A stretch of 64,000 nt of DNA from Catajapyx aquilonaris (GCA_000934665.2 KZ537955.1:124001-188000), one strand, 5' to 3'; shown: positions 1-13,685, counted from the first letter of the stretch. Numbers and translations are program-made. Notes: generated by a model not told the origin, from the sequence alone.

Positions 1-364
1 GCACATCGAGGATAATGTAACAGAAAATTAAAAATCTTGACAAATTTTATAGGTCTGAAGTATAAATATAAGGTCACAAACCAGAGCAAAAACCAAATAA
101 CAATGATAAACTGACAGAAAATCACAAAACTTGGGCAAAGTCACAAAGTGCAAGCAAGCATCACTTGCTCTGGACTTGACCGCTTACAGCCCATTTCCAC
201 GTGCACAGTATGCTACCAAATATTTTTCTAGATTTTCCTGTGATTGGAACTGTCTTCTGGCTCATATGTGTCATGGCAACATGATTTGTATTACTTCTGT
301 ATGATTTTGGTCCTTTAAGGAGCACAAAAAATAGTCCGCAAATAAAACCAAACATGCCTCTGAA

Positions 365-489
365 GAAATAGGTCCGTAATAGGCCCAAAAAGTCCCAAAA
401 TTGCTTCAAAAAGTTCAAAAACTATGCCAAAATAGGCGAAATAGGCAAAATAGTTTCTAAAACCATGAAATAGGCAATTTTAGGCACTG
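365..489. mobile_element. Possible terminal remnant of a hAT-like DNA transposon
   Basis: Clustered AATAGG(C) subterminal-like motifs ending in TTTTAGGCACTG (reverse complement CAGTGCCTAAAA). The matching other end was not seen. Confidence 0.3.
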
Positions 490-884
490 TCAACCGCACA
501 TTTTACACATCCTGCACTTATGAAACGAATAGGTCTCTTCACAAAACCATCCAAACTGTAAAGGAACTAAATAAGCATTTGCCTAAAAAACCGGACTTTA
601 GTTGTTATTATTGTGAAGCAATAAAAATATCCATTCTTTCCATTCATACCCACACACATCCTATCAAAAATTCCCATTCTCATTCGCCATGTCACAATAA
701 GAAGAACTACTACTACTAGTGCATGAATAACTTCGGTGCTCATTTTGAACCTTACCTGAAAATGGTCACAACTAAGCAAACTGAATGTGGATCAGCATGT
801 ATAACATGAAGCTTTGTAACTACATGTATGGAAAAAAAACCCTACTTTTATAGAGCAATGGTTCACAAATTTTAGCGTCTAGAT

Positions 885-1093
885 CAGGGGTTCCCAACCT
901 TTTTGCACCCGCGACCCCCCAAATCACCTAAAATTTCTCCACGGCCCCCTTGCAAAAGTAACATACATAAATGAAGCAGCCAAACAATACAAGAAATATA
1001 TTTACCAAATATGGTACAATGCCTCTCATGGCCCCCCTGGACCTGCTCCACGGCCCCCTTAGGGGGCCATGACTCCCAGGTTGCGAACCCCTG
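885..1093. mobile_element. hAT (Charlie-like) MITE, 209 bp
   Basis: TIR CAGGGGTTCCCAACCT vs reverse complement of the right end CAGGGGTTCGCAACCT (15/16 identical). Perfect 8-bp TSD GTCTAGAT at 877-884 and 1094-1101, fitting the NTCTAGAN target preference of Charlie-type hATs. Confidence 0.9.
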
Positions 1094-1170
1094 GTCTAGA
1101 TTGTATGCATGTATGCACTCTATATGTATAATCACTTTCACATACTTGGGTGCAAGACCTTGTACCTGGT

Positions 1171-1278
1171 GTCCAACAAGAATTGTCGCAAGCGGCAGCG
1201 CACGAACTACAGTCTCTCGTATACCTGTGCTCGTAGATTGTAGTTCGTGCGCTGCCGCTGCGACAATTCTTGTTGGAC
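1171..1278. mobile_element. Foldback/palindromic MITE-like element
   Basis: Near-perfect inverted arms of about 44 bp: GTCCAACAAGAATTGTCGCAAGCGGCAGCGCACGAACTACAGTCT (1171-1215) and AGATTGTAGTTCGTGCGCTGCCGCTGCGACAATTCTTGTTGGAC (1235-1278). Confidence 0.7.
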
Positions 1279-1509
1279 TGATAGTACTTCCAACTCTGCA
1301 CCTGGCCCTATATCCTGGCACAAGCTACATTACTCTAGCAAGAAGAGGTCATTTTGTCACCCCTATATTTTTGGTTGACACCTATTGTGTTATAGTTGTG
1401 AGCATGATGATAGATTTGGTTGGGAGCTTCCTAAAGTGGGGCACAACACAAGTGATATCTCTGAACCCTGCTGCAATACATTCACACTGAAGTGGGTTTA
1501 CTGGGAGCC

Positions 1510-1607
1510 GTGTTTTTACTCCTGATATAACAAACTCATTTTCACTTCACCTCGGCTTTAACAGACAATTTCTTGGCTCCTCGGTGGGAAAATATCATTT
1601 TCTGGTA
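1510..1607 (+). repeat. 98-bp direct duplicate of 1726-1823
   Basis: Identical to 1726-1823 except for 2 substitutions; offset 216 bp. Confidence 0.9.
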
Positions 1608-1647
1608 GCTTTTGGCCCGCCAAATCCAGTTCCTTTCCATCATGATA

Positions 1648-2087
1648 CAGTTGACTCCGGATATAACAACCTTGGCTATAACAGACTCAAAAGGCTGGTC
1701 CTGGCATATTTTCATAAAGCCCTGTGTGTTTTTACTCCTGATATAACAGACTCATTTTCACTTCACCCCGGCTTTAACAGACAATTTCTTGGCTCCTCGG
1801 TGGGAAAATATCATTTTCTGGTATACGATTGACAAAAAGGAGATGGCAGCAGTTTTTTTGTGTGTTTTTGTTTGTTGTTGTCTTGCATAATTTTCGGGTG
1901 AGCTAATATGGAATTTTTGATGGATTTCATTAATCAGTATGTAGTGGTGTGCATGACAGGCATATAGAAAGCAGAAAACTTTATGTGTTCGTTGCAAACT
2001 GAAGTGACGATTTGGCTATAACAGACCTCGGTTATAACATAGTTTTTCCCGCAGTCCCTTGAAGTCTGTTATATCTGGATTCAACTG
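1648..2087. mobile_element. Tc1/mariner (pogo/Tigger-like) MITE
   Basis: TIR CAGTTGACTCCGGATATAAC vs reverse complement of the right end CAGTTGAATCCAGATATAAC. TA on both flanks. Internal repeated (G/C)(A/C/T)TATAACA motifs. Confidence 0.82.
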
Positions 2088-2852
2088 TACTGAACATTTA
2101 AGAATGAACAAAGTGTCGCGTTCAATGATGTTTAACTTTCAAAATGCTCTTGGGCCACTGTAGAGGCCCTTAAAACTTTACATCATTGCACATTCAGTGT
2201 GGTACACTGCACATATAAACACTTCTAACAGTGGGGCATGGTAAAATGTGACAAATCACTTGTTCCAGTTGCACATTCACCTTTCCACTGGCAGATCCCG
2301 ATCCTGCTGTGTACATAGTAGTATGCATGCATTACTAGAATGAGTCATGTTTTACCCTGCCATGTGTAGTTGGAGACTGTCGCAGCAGACGACTTGTGTA
2401 TAATGTGTGTATCCTAACTCCTAAAACACTTTTTGAAAAGGACAGGGCAAGACTACTGTGTGGTAGCTTTGTGTGTGTAGATGCTACTGGGTACAGCAAA
2501 ATCTTGATAAAAGTATCACAATATTGATGCTTTCAATAATTCTTGATATCTTAGGCATGAAACAAATGGGAACAGGCACAAAATTAATTTAATTCTTTAC
2601 CACGATTCATTCCCATCCACAATCTTGCTGATTTTAAAAGTAGTATCCCTTGATCCAGTGTGCTATGCATTAACCCTGAGAATTATCTGCATCACAGGGA
2701 AGATAGTGTATGATACGGATTTTGCCAACTTATTTAAGAAATTGACCTCTTTCTGCAGAAATTTGTTCGTATCAGATGATACCATGCTTCTGCAGCCACA
2801 TTCCGTTGGAACTTGATGGAATTTGGAATACTTTAGATTCCTCTACTTTCAG

Positions 2853-2928
2853 GTGGGATGCGTACACTCCATGTGGGACAAAAATTGCAGGGACCAACAT
2901 TGTGGCCTTTAAAACCCCACTTAAGGAG
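2853..2928 (+). CDS. DUSP11: DUSP11/PIR1-like RNA 5'-phosphatase, first coding exon visible in the window (5'-partial gene)
   Basis: Acceptor ctctactttcag|G and donor GAG|gtgagt. Encodes (R)WDAYTPCGTKIAGTNIVAFKTPLKE, matching the family N-terminal W..Y.P.G..I.GT..IAFK.PL motif. Starts in phase 2; no upstream ATG exon found in the window. Confidence 0.9.
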
Positions 2929-5900
2929 GTGAGTGGAGACTTTGTACAGCTGCCGATTCATCGTGAAAGCTGGATGAACTTGAAGTAGATTTGAATATTG
3001 AAAATCTGGGTAATATTAACGCAGCATAATAACTATTGTGTTGATTTGTTTTAGAAGCAGATCTTTTAGCCACCTTTTGGTAACATGGCAGGCATTTTAT
3101 TAAGAACAAAGCAGAGTTTGCAGTGAAATTACATGGTTTGAAATATTTTTAAAATGTTGCCTCAATAGTTCAATTTCTTCCCACTGCAGGCTCTCATTCG
3201 CGCAGTGATAGTTAGCGCCACTTGTGGCAAGCACAGGAAACGTGTGCTGACCACTCACGTGTCGGCCGCATTTATTCCCGAAACCGAATGTAAATTAATC
3301 AACGTGCACAGTAAAGCAAAAAGGAACTGAATTCATTTGGGAGTGTAAAGCTCGTGTTAATTTGTCCGCCGCAAAATGATTAATTGCATTGAGGTGCCTA
3401 CGATACAATTGAATTAGGAATCTCTCCCAGATAATGTGCACGATAACGCCTGAAGTGTTTATTTTCCTGGCATGCACTACATGAAGAGCCACAATAAATC
3501 CTTCAGAGACACTTAGACAAAAGGGGAGAGGAAGCGAAAGAGCTGGAGCTAGAGAAAAGGAATGGAAATAAATATGAGCCCCCCCTGTACGGAGCTGGGG
3601 CATTATTTCTCCTAGGTTTTCAGTTCTGTAGGGCGTTGAGAGACCGGTGGTGACAGAATCCAATCAAGCTCCCTTTGGTGGTAGACTAGGTAGTTGGGGG
3701 CCCAAATTGGCGCCCAAACGCTTCCCGCTGCTTCCACGGACATCCATCCGACCCTCTTCAAACATGCCGCCCATTCTGAACGTTTTTTTTTTCTTTCTTT
3801 TCTTTTCGGGTCCCTGCGCTTCTTCTGGCCGATAGAAAAAAAAAGAGGGCATATGTTTCAGGAAACATTCTTATCCTCGAAACATTACTGGAGCCAAAGG
3901 TCAATAGAAGGTATTCATTAGCGCGGACCTATTTGTAAAACCACCTTGTTGAGGTAAATCCCATGGCAAGGTGAACCACCAGCAAGAAACTATACCCAGA
4001 AATTGCCCTCTAGTGACCTTCAGATTGCAGTCTTCCAGAAGATTTTTTTTTTCTTCTTCTTCTTTCTCATCCCATACTTAAAGGTACACACACGTGGCTT
4101 ATTTCTCATGCTTAAGAGCGCAATACATTAACTCTCCCCCCATCCCTCCCAACTCGATCCTCATCCCCAACTTATAGTCAAGGCCTTGCTCGCAGATACG
4201 ATCAAAAGATGTCATTACTGCTAAATGCTTGCGTTCGTTATGGTTGACCCCTGCGGAGACCCAGGAATTTTATGCGGACCCGGACATAAATCAGGCTGCA
4301 TACCACATACTATTAGCAGCGTGTAAGATGCGCATATGATTATTATTATTATGTCAAGGTGGCCTAGAGCTCCACAAACGTCAGATTAGTATACGGTAGT
4401 ACTAGCCCTCCCTTAGACGAGAGAAAGTTCTTGCGTCACATTTTACTCCAGTGGGGCACGTAACAGTATAAACTTTAATTACGATGGCAGGTCCGACCCA
4501 TTTGTTTCTGTTACATGGAGGGCGACTTGTCTCTCTTTTCCCCCCCTCCTCCAACTGCTGATCTCAACCGATAGCAATCGGGTCGATCATATCATTTGGA
4601 AACACGCATGCTATTGAAGCTCAGCCTCAGGCACAGCAATGATACGTGTCAATTCGTCCGACCTTAGTAGTAATTTAATCGTTTACGCATTTTCAGTTTT
4701 TGCTACTCGATTCCGCCCCGTTGCGTTACTTTTTTACAGAACACTGAATCGTAAAAGGTCGGCTGAGGTACAAAAAGTGACGCATTTATAGCCCATTTGT
4801 TCATGATGATTATCAACACCTCGGCAGGCGAATTCCTTGTTAAATCATTCTCTCAACAGCGCTAATTAGCAGACTGGTGATTCCTTTTTTTGCGCCTTGT
4901 CCGCGCCCAGAACTGATGCTTAATGACCGGATTCTTTCCGCACCGAATTACTTCATTGGAAGTGAATTACGACGGAATGAAATGGCGACGCCAGCAGCCC
5001 CAGCCGAGTCGGGACACAAGGATTAATCTCCGGTGACGGACGCGACGACACCAATAAATCATGACTGTCATCAGTTTAAGCGAGGAACAGTGTTGGGTTT
5101 ATTTTACCCATAAATCCATTGGGCGCAAACGTGGGAAGTAGAAAGCGGCGGCGCCCATAAGTGCCCTTCTTATAGGCCTATAGGCCCTGCCTCTCGCATT
5201 TCCTTATTTGAATTGCACCGCAATTGTCTTTCATCGCGGAAATGAAAAGGTACAGAAAAGAAATAAATGACGCCCAAGCATCAAAAGAGGCGCCATGGCC
5301 TTTCATTTTTTGGAGAAGAGCGGTTGGTGGGGTTTGCCCATATTCCTATAATAGGACCCGTTTTCTGAGGGAGAAGAGGTTAACCAACTGATCAAGTTTG
5401 TGGCCTGAAGGGAACGATGCACTGCACTGGAGGGGGGGTTGGGGAAGAATCCTGCGGCGGCTTACTAACTTGTAACTAACTGTTGAAAATGATAATGATT
5501 ATAATTCGTAATCATGCGTCGGACAATAACTGGAGGGGGGGAAATGGAAGGGGGGCTTTGTGGTTTGCAGGCCACAATAAAGGTTGGACCTGTTAATCGA
5601 TCAAAAAAGGAAAGGGGCCTCTCTTCTTCTCTTTCTCTGCATGCGCTCCACGTCGGCTTTGGCGCTTCGAACCTAATCGCACACACGCACGAAACGGCCT
5701 TTTCGGTTAAGGTATGGTCTATCCCGGTGTTTCTTCGCTCAAATAGGTTCAAAGCTGCCCTACTTCGTCACAAAGTTGCACAATTGGGCAACACTGATGT
5801 GACCGTTATATTTTTGACAGGCGCGTTTACTGATTGGCTAAGAACCTGCGCTGCAGCCAATCAGCGGTGTCGTGACGTGGCCCAATCCGTGTGGAGAGCT

Positions 5901-8583
5901 CTAGTAGTCTAGTTAAAAAAAAACATAACTGGAAAACTGGATGCACAACCGACATGACGTTGAGTAAAGGCATAACCAGTATAGCGTACTACTGTTCAAT
6001 CAGATGCGAACTCCTTGTAATTAGGAGTGGAAAGACCGACACCGCAAACGAGACGGATCGGGGTATATATTAGAGTAAGGGGGGAGAAAAGCTAGAAGAA
6101 AAAATAAGTGGTTAGCATTGCACGGTTGGAATTCAAGGGAGGAGTTGTTACTAGCACGGAAAGTTTCAGGTATTTATACATTCCCTCAAACTGGGTGGAG
6201 GCCTCGCTTCACACGCTTTTTCCGGAGTCTGGAGATTCTTCTTCGTCTTGCGGGTATATCTCGATTACTGTGCCTTGGAAGAATATAACGCACACAACTT
6301 AAAATAAAGGGTGAGATGAACGGAGTTTCTTTTTTTGGGGGGGGGGGGGACGTGCGCGGATTGCAGGAGCAGTAAATCTCGGTGCAATAGCGTGATTAAT
6401 TCATGAATATAGAAAAGCAATTTGGCGGGCGGGCTCCCGGTAGTTTATGGCGGCCAGCAATATAAGGCGTCAGCTCTAGGCGAGCTTTTGAATTGCATTG
6501 TCATTCCCACTGTCCTTTTGATTCTCAAGAGGGGCCGAAAGAATAAATTGGAACGAAATGAAATCCGTCACGTGCTATGGGGGCCGGCCTCCGTAATCAT
6601 GTTAACGGTTGATGTTAAGCCCTCCCGGTTTAATTAGCCAAGTATTAATTTTTGTATATCGTAATGACTCTATGGAGAGAGTCAGTAAACCCAACTTCAT
6701 TTGCAGTCTAGACAGTACTGATGCAGCTGTCTGCGCAGCTGTACAGGAATTGCAATTGCAGCAATGCAATTGAGATGCATGAGTGTGCACGTATGGTCAA
6801 CAGGATGAGGCAATGGATGCTTTTTATTATGCCGCAAAGGTGGGGGCCAAATGAAGAAGCCGATTGGTGATATCTTGTTAGAAAATCTTAGGTATTATCG
6901 AATTAGGTGCGGCCCCAGCATAGAGACTGGGGGTTTTAGAAGCTTCTTTATTTACTGATGGGTTCGGACATGACGGAAAGTGTAACACTTCCTGGGTTTT
7001 CCATTAGGGAAGGAAGCCTCCGGGCAGCATCAGGGGCACAGCTCGGGTGCAAAAAAAGGGAAGGTTCTCTTGGTTATATTGAGCACTTGGCCTCCCATGG
7101 GCTTCTGCATTAGTATAAATTACCCGAAGGAATGAAGATAAGGTGTGCTCGCTGATTGGCTGGATGAGGGGGGAGAAAAAGAGGATACTTTATCCCACCA
7201 ACCTTTTGCACCTGGAGGCAACATCCAGACCGTCGGGATTCATAATTCTTCCCGGAATGATGCCCGAAATGGGGTTATACATTTCTAATTGGTCAATCAA
7301 TGTCGGGCTTCATTAGCACCTAGGTGCCAGAAGGGAAGAGGGGGTTCCCAAATTTGTTCCAAGTTTTTAAAGTTTGGCGCATTTATTGCCCCATATCTGG
7401 TATAAAAAACCATGGTCGATGAATGAGCCAATAAAGATATGTTTTTTTTTACCTAAAATTCAAAATAATGTGAGTGTATGCATGAATTTGCTATTACTGG
7501 AGTACAGACCAGTAATAGCAAATTCATGCATACACATGTTATGCAAGCCCCTGCCTTATAGGGTTGCCCGCAATGGAAAAGATGCACAAAGATTGCCTAA
7601 AAGGACAGGATGAAGCGAATATGTACAAATTTTTGCGACGGATCCTGCTACTTTTAATTGATTGTTACTGAATGTGGCATGTATTTTTTCAAGGAAAGAG
7701 GTGTTCGAGCTTTCAGGGCGTGAGATATTTTTGTGGTGGGCCGCCTCTAGTTTTTTTTTTTCGCGGTGAGGTTCAAAGCAGGACTGAGGAGACTTATTGA
7801 ATTTTTGGTTGGGGCCCCTTGTGCACTCCCCGCTGACATTTCACTCCTCAGGTTTGATTTTTCTGCCGTCATTTGTCTCGGCGGGAGAGGTCACGGGCCG
7901 AGATTTTTTCTCTGTTTGACGGCAGCCCGTCGGCCCCCCTCCGACGCCTTCTCTTACTCAAATCCGAGGATTCTTGACGACAAGGAAACGCCCGAAAGGC
8001 GCGCCACAAGCGCTATATAGTACAGCTGGAAAAAAATAAATGAGCTGCGGCTAGGTAGGCCAGGTAGAACACCTTGAAAAGGATTCGAGAGACCCCTTGC
8101 CGCAGACAAATTCCGTCATTGTAATAATAGGGCACTGACAGGGCAGGGTTCGAATTGTCTCATTAAGCTTGTTACGATAGCGCCGCATGCATTTAGAAAA
8201 AAAAAGAAAAAAAATCACCGCATTATCGCTCCCCTTTGTCACGCTTTTATCATTGGAACATTTGCATATCACTTGTGTACTTTGTGGAGTACTGTAATTA
8301 AGGCTGGTTGGTGAATGTTGGGGTGGGGCAGCACAATTATATTAACGCAATCTGATGCATGTAGTGTGAAATTACACCAATGCAATGTAAACGTATAAAT
8401 TGCCCGAGTTCGCCCACACGGCCGAATCAATCAATCAATCGGTTTCACAGAGCCATAGTTGTACAAACCCAATTATTAAAGAATTTGTGTATGATAGAGA
8501 TAAAAATTGGGGGTATAATGAAATATAGCTTCTTATGCTGGGCGTAATCAGGTAATCGGTAATGCATATGGCAGGTCACACTA

Positions 8584-8690
8584 CAGGGTGACCCAAAAGT
8601 CTGGACACGCGTGGTTTCCAGGATACCAATTGTCAACCAACAATATATTATTATTACCTATATGTGTCACCAGACTTTTGGGTCACCCTG
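8584..8690. mobile_element. Tc1/mariner MITE, 107 bp
   Basis: Perfect 21-bp TIR CAGGGTGACCCAAAAGTCTGG / CCAGACTTTTGGGTCACCCTG, with TA on both sides. Confidence 0.88.
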
Positions 8691-10221
8691 TATAATTAAA
8701 CGATTCCAGAATTAGCATATTTCTGAAACGCTGATTGCGACAAATTTCTACTAAAATAATATCGAGGTATAGGGAACATTTTTCGCACCTTTTTAGGTAT
8801 TCGTGCCAGTGCCCTACATTATCTCTGTGAATTTACATTTAGTGAAATCCAGCAATGTTCATTTGCAAGATACAAGCCGGTGAAGGTGCTGTACCGGTTT
8901 TGTTGTTACACGTACCCCTCCTCGGCAGCAACTGATGACTGCTTTCCACCATTTGGGCGCCTTCGAAACGTTAAAAAAAAAAGGTGGGGGGTGTTCTTTT
9001 CGAAGGAATGGACGAGGCTACAAGTCAATGTATCTTCGACAGGTTGAGCAAACAAACGGCAACATTACCATGACACAGGATGGGGATATACGAGAACAAA
9101 CGGATTTCTAAACATACACGGAGTCTTCTTTTTTTTTCTGTTTCTCTCCTTGTTTTTTGCCTTCATAGGGGTTATCAGTTATGGGCTTCCCCCCTCTGTT
9201 TCCCACTGGGAAAAGAATGTCGGGGTCGGAATGGCAGGTGGTGACTGCACCTTTCCGTACCTTTGGGGATGGGGTAAACGCTTTTTCTTTTCTTGTTGTC
9301 TCCTTTGCTGTTTTGTTTTTCCTTGTGGCCATTGGGCACCGGATTTTTCTGTTCATGCCGAGTTAGCGGTGAGGTTCAAACGACACCAAGCGGCATTTAA
9401 TGCGCTTCCAGAAGATCCATTAATGAAAAGGACTTTTTCACTTATCTCCAGAGCATAAATCACACGTGGGCCCTGGGTGTATATATATATATACATAGAT
9501 GGTATTAGAAGAAGAAGAAGAAGAAGGGGGTGTTGGAGGTAAAGGAAACCTGTTCAGTTTTTAATGGACTGAACCCTACTTCACACCTAGTCGGGAAATT
9601 CCCTTCTTTTTTGAAAGGAGCGTGATTGCGGAATTACTTCAGTTTGACACGAAGCATGACGTTGGAATTGACGACGCTGGATAATTAGCCACGACTTTGG
9701 GGGTTTTAGGGGTAATTGGTTGCACCGCTCGGCCCCTGTGGGGGTCGCAGCCATCGTGCGCTAATTAGTGGATACCGGGGTACGGTTGCCCACGATTTTT
9801 CATTTTGGTATGAGAGAGCAATGCAATGAGACGGCCCCCTCCGGGCACTTGGGCCAGGTGACATGTGCCCACTTTGCGAATTCACCCCCCTTCACCCTCG
9901 GGCCTACCTACTCGTAAATGAGCTGCCAGTATCACCACGGAGTTGTAATGTGTAAATGATTACTAAGCGGCCAGGAGAGAAAAGAGCTAAGAAGAAAAAA
10001 AGCGGGGCAGTGTCCGAAACAATTGATACTAGGATTATGGGATTATCGAGAGATTTATTGCTGCCTTGGGATTTCGCGCACATGGGGCAATGTCCAGCCC
10101 ATATTTGGCGGTGGATGGAAAATATAGGCGCAGCTTGCTGGAGAAGTGGAGCATAGGTACGGAGCAGACGGTGCTGCATGTGTGGTGAAACGTGGCCAAG
10201 TTTCGCAAGCTGGGCTGTGTA

Positions 10222-10371
10222 CAGGGTGGTTCACAGCCAAAGTCTATACAGTATCTGCACAACCAACAAGCAAGGCGAGGTTAAGGAAGAACAAACCATC
10301 TGGAATATCGATGGTTGTACGTACCAGACTGTACCAGACATTCATGGTGACTTGGGCGGTGTACCACCCTG
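10222..10371. mobile_element. Degenerate Tc1/mariner-like MITE (CAGGGTGGTACAC end family)
   Basis: TA|CAGGGTGGTTCACAGCC at the left end and GGCGGTGTACCACCCTG at the right end. The same terminal motif occurs at 11823 and 51705. Confidence 0.6.
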
Positions 10372-11845
10372 TGTGTATATGGAAATAAAAGGACACGAGG
10401 GCATGGCGGCAGCAGCAGTGTGGACACCCACACGTTACATACAAGATGTGACCCGGTCGGCGGATTAGTAATGCCACATACCACACGCATCATCCATCAC
10501 TTAATGACTGCGTGCAATACATTCATCATCATTCGCCGCACCCGCTGCGCTTCTGATGGACCCACCAGAACGATCGTAACTGCTCATGGGCAAGCTACAC
10601 ACAAGGGCGGGATCTTGCTTTCACTATAGGGTTTCCCGTCTGGGGAATACCACCAGGAATCCTCACTCTCACCCATCACTAAGGGTACTTATTGTTCTTG
10701 CAACATTCATTGTATGCACTGAAATTGTCGTACTCTGCTGCAGTACTTTTGGATGCTATACACACACTATACTCTTCGCCCGCATCGGTACACGTGTGTT
10801 ACGGTTCAGAAGCGCAGCTGACCGAGTCTTCCTTAGCTCCAACTGTGAAAATGAGCTACAAACCGTTTCTATGGGCCTTTCTGTCAAAAAGAAGTGAATG
10901 ATTACGAGGCGTTTTTGTTTCAAAAACAGAAAAACACAAAAGCACTTCAGGGGATGGATCTATCAACTGTGGAGCAAGAGATGGCCTCAAAGCAATTTGT
11001 GCTTCTGATCAGGAAAGTGGTGCCATTCCCATTTATCCCAACAATTGTTGAATGAGAGCCAGTAGCAACAAAACCGAACGTAAATTATACTTCACTTGCC
11101 ACGTGTTGTGGTTATGAGCACCTCTATATGATACTAACAGACACGGCATTTTACACGCTGTAATATGCTTCACCCGGTGCTAATGCCACAAGTTAGCATC
11201 TCTGATCACCCCTTTCCTGCCCATAAGTAGGAACAAAGTAGTATTCCTGGGGTCGATTCATTAGCGCCACTTTTAGCAGGCATAGAAATGCATCTCAGGT
11301 GCTTCTATGGAAGGGCGCTAACTCACGAGCCAATTATCGGATGCTGTAATCAACTCTGGGTTGGTCCAATGAAGCTGGATAAATTCAGGATTTTTGCAAA
11401 TGTGTGCAGCAGCCGATTATTTAAGAGCGTAAATCTGTCTGGAGTTGACCTGACGCCGCAGTGCTCAGACATAGTTTACCTGTATAGGATGATGTCTATG
11501 ATGCATCATCTATCCGTGGCATCCATCCATCCACCTGTCTGTCCGTCCATCCTGGGATGGTATGCCCCGTGTGGCGACCCATTTGCGGCTGGAGGAGCTC
11601 CACCCTCTTGACAAACGGTCTGGGCCACAGACCTCTGCCGGCCCTTACAAGTAGCCCCCCTGTCTGACCCACTAATAAGATGGAAACGTGTAAATGATAG
11701 TTATTAAGCCCTCTTACCGTGCGCTCATTTTTTCTCTCCTTCTTCTTCTTATCCCTCTCCTCTCAGTGAGGTGTGACGGACCGAGTCTCCTTTTAGGCAT
11801 CCTCCAGGGTGTTATTACTACACAGGGTGGTACACTACCCACGAT

Positions 11846-11996
11846 CAGTGGCGGCAAAAGAGCGAATCGAAATTTCTCAGCCGTATGACCATTCACTTCA
11901 TTTATGATCAATGAAGGTGGTCATACGGAGGCAACTTTCAATTCGCTTTTTGCCGCGACGGATCATGGCGCCACCAGTACGACACCATTAAATGTC
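11846..11996. mobile_element. Foldback MITE family A, copy 1 (left end degraded)
   Basis: GGCGGCAAAAGAGCGAATCGAAA...ATTCGCTTTTTGCCGC...GGCGCCACCAGTACGACACCATTAAATGTC, shared with the copies at 39690, 46662 and 48978. Confidence 0.8.
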
Positions 11997-13685
11997 AACT
12001 GAAGAAGTTGTTCACTCCATCAGCAAGAGGAGGAAAAAGGAAGCGGCTGAATTTCTTGATGGCCAAAGTCCATTAGATGGGATGTCAATCGCGACTCCAT
12101 TTGTCATTTTTCGGTGGCGTTGCTTCTGGGAGGCCTCCGGATTCCGGAATTTTTGTGCTGTGACCTCAGAGGCCGCGTCCGCCATTTGTTCTCGAATTTC
12201 TCCGTCTATATGACACCCCCCCTGCCTTATTGGATTTTCTGATGATTTGGGTTCCGATCCCAGCATGGAGAGTGTTCACTCCAGGAGACAATGACTGGAG
12301 CGATCCCCGACTCCATTTTTACTGCATCCCGAGACAAAGGGAAGAGTCACGTGAATTGTCAATTTGTCTGGGAGTCCAAGATGGTAGAAAGGACCGGACA
12401 ATATGTGTGTGTAAGAAAGAAAGAGAAAAAAAAGGATGCACCTTTCGGTTGGGCTTGTTGACTCGGCGTGAGGGCTTTGGAGAGATGTGTGGTCGTGGGT
12501 GTTCCTCCGATTCAAAGTTAATCCCCCCTTCTAACCACCTCCATGTATATTTATTTTTTTCGTCACTTCTTTCTTATTCCTAAGAGGGTTAAAACGGGTG
12601 GCAATTAGGAAGTGAATGCAGGACGCGTGATTTCGCTCGCCCGTCTTGGCTTTTTCGTCCCTGTCCCCTGCTGGAGGTATAAAAAAAGAAATGTGGAGGT
12701 CGGAGGGGTCTTTGGAAGTGTTCAACGAGTTGGTAGCCCGGAATGTTAAGAAGAGGTGACAAAAACCTATTGTACCGGGCAGATGCAATTACTCTCAAGT
12801 ACTTTTGTATAAGAACTAATTTGAAGTTACGGGACTTCCAACAATGGCATGACAAGTCATGGCGGATGGGAACGGCCTGATGTTTTCTCCTGGAGACATG
12901 TGTTGTTTTCTCCGGGTCATGTGCAGAATGTAGTTTGGGACACGTATAGAAAAGAGTGTGTTGGTGGGATTCTGCTGGGGGAGGTATAGCTATATAGGAG
13001 GGAGCGAGAGCTGGATGATTAGTTTTGACAGGTGGCGTGCTGCGACGGGCCCTTTTTGTCAGGCCTGTTGTCTCTCGGCGCTTTAAATTGACCTTGGACA
13101 CGGGCTCGGGATGCTGCGAGAATCTCGTTCCCGGCTCTTAAGGCACGCCTAACACAATATTTTGGGGGGCATTACTCACTCTGGGTGAAAATAACACATG
13201 CTCCGGATCCAACACTCAAATAAGTCACGTGTCCCGATTGATGCTGTCTGAATGATATTTAGTTATGGTTTTTGGTCAGTTTTTGAGTTGTTTTGCACCC
13301 ATTTTATTATTGGTAATACGCTAACTCCAAAATCAGGTGAATCAAATAAAATAATCTGAATAATTGATTGCTGAAAGAGAATTGCTTTTTATGTGTACCA
13401 TCATGCTGATCATTGCTAGGGCGTTTTTCTGAATAACCTTAGGAAAAAAGTGAAACCTTGTTTTCTCTTTTCTCTCCTCTGATTTGTGAATAGCTGAGAT
13501 CTGAAAGTCGTGAAAATGGCCGCGAATGGCCTTCCAGACTCCTTTACTTTTAACATGTGATGATGTCCAAGTTACTCATTGTTCTTTAGAATAATTTTTA
13601 AAATTATAAAATGATTCGAGCACCTATATATGTGAACGCGTGTGATTGCGTTATTATTACATGTCTCGCCTCTTTCCCGTTTCAG

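Noticed and set aside
884..1490. ORFs of 145 and 159 aa
   Set aside because: They run across a hAT MITE and a palindrome, with no protein similarity.
4003..4016. CTCF-like motif (reverse complement CACTAGAGGGCA; also TAGATGGCGC near 34055)
   Set aside because: Isolated partial motif matches cannot be distinguished from chance without ChIP data.
7763..9380. Shared 15-mer GCGGTGAGGTTCAAA near 7763 and 9366
   Set aside because: A 15-16-nt match somewhere in 64 kb is expected by chance, and there is no flanking similarity.
13138..13155. TAAGGCACGC resembling the miR-124 5' end
   Set aside because: The match stops after 10 nt and there is no hairpin. It is more likely the edge of a degraded AT-rich element (13138-13532) that I could not delimit.
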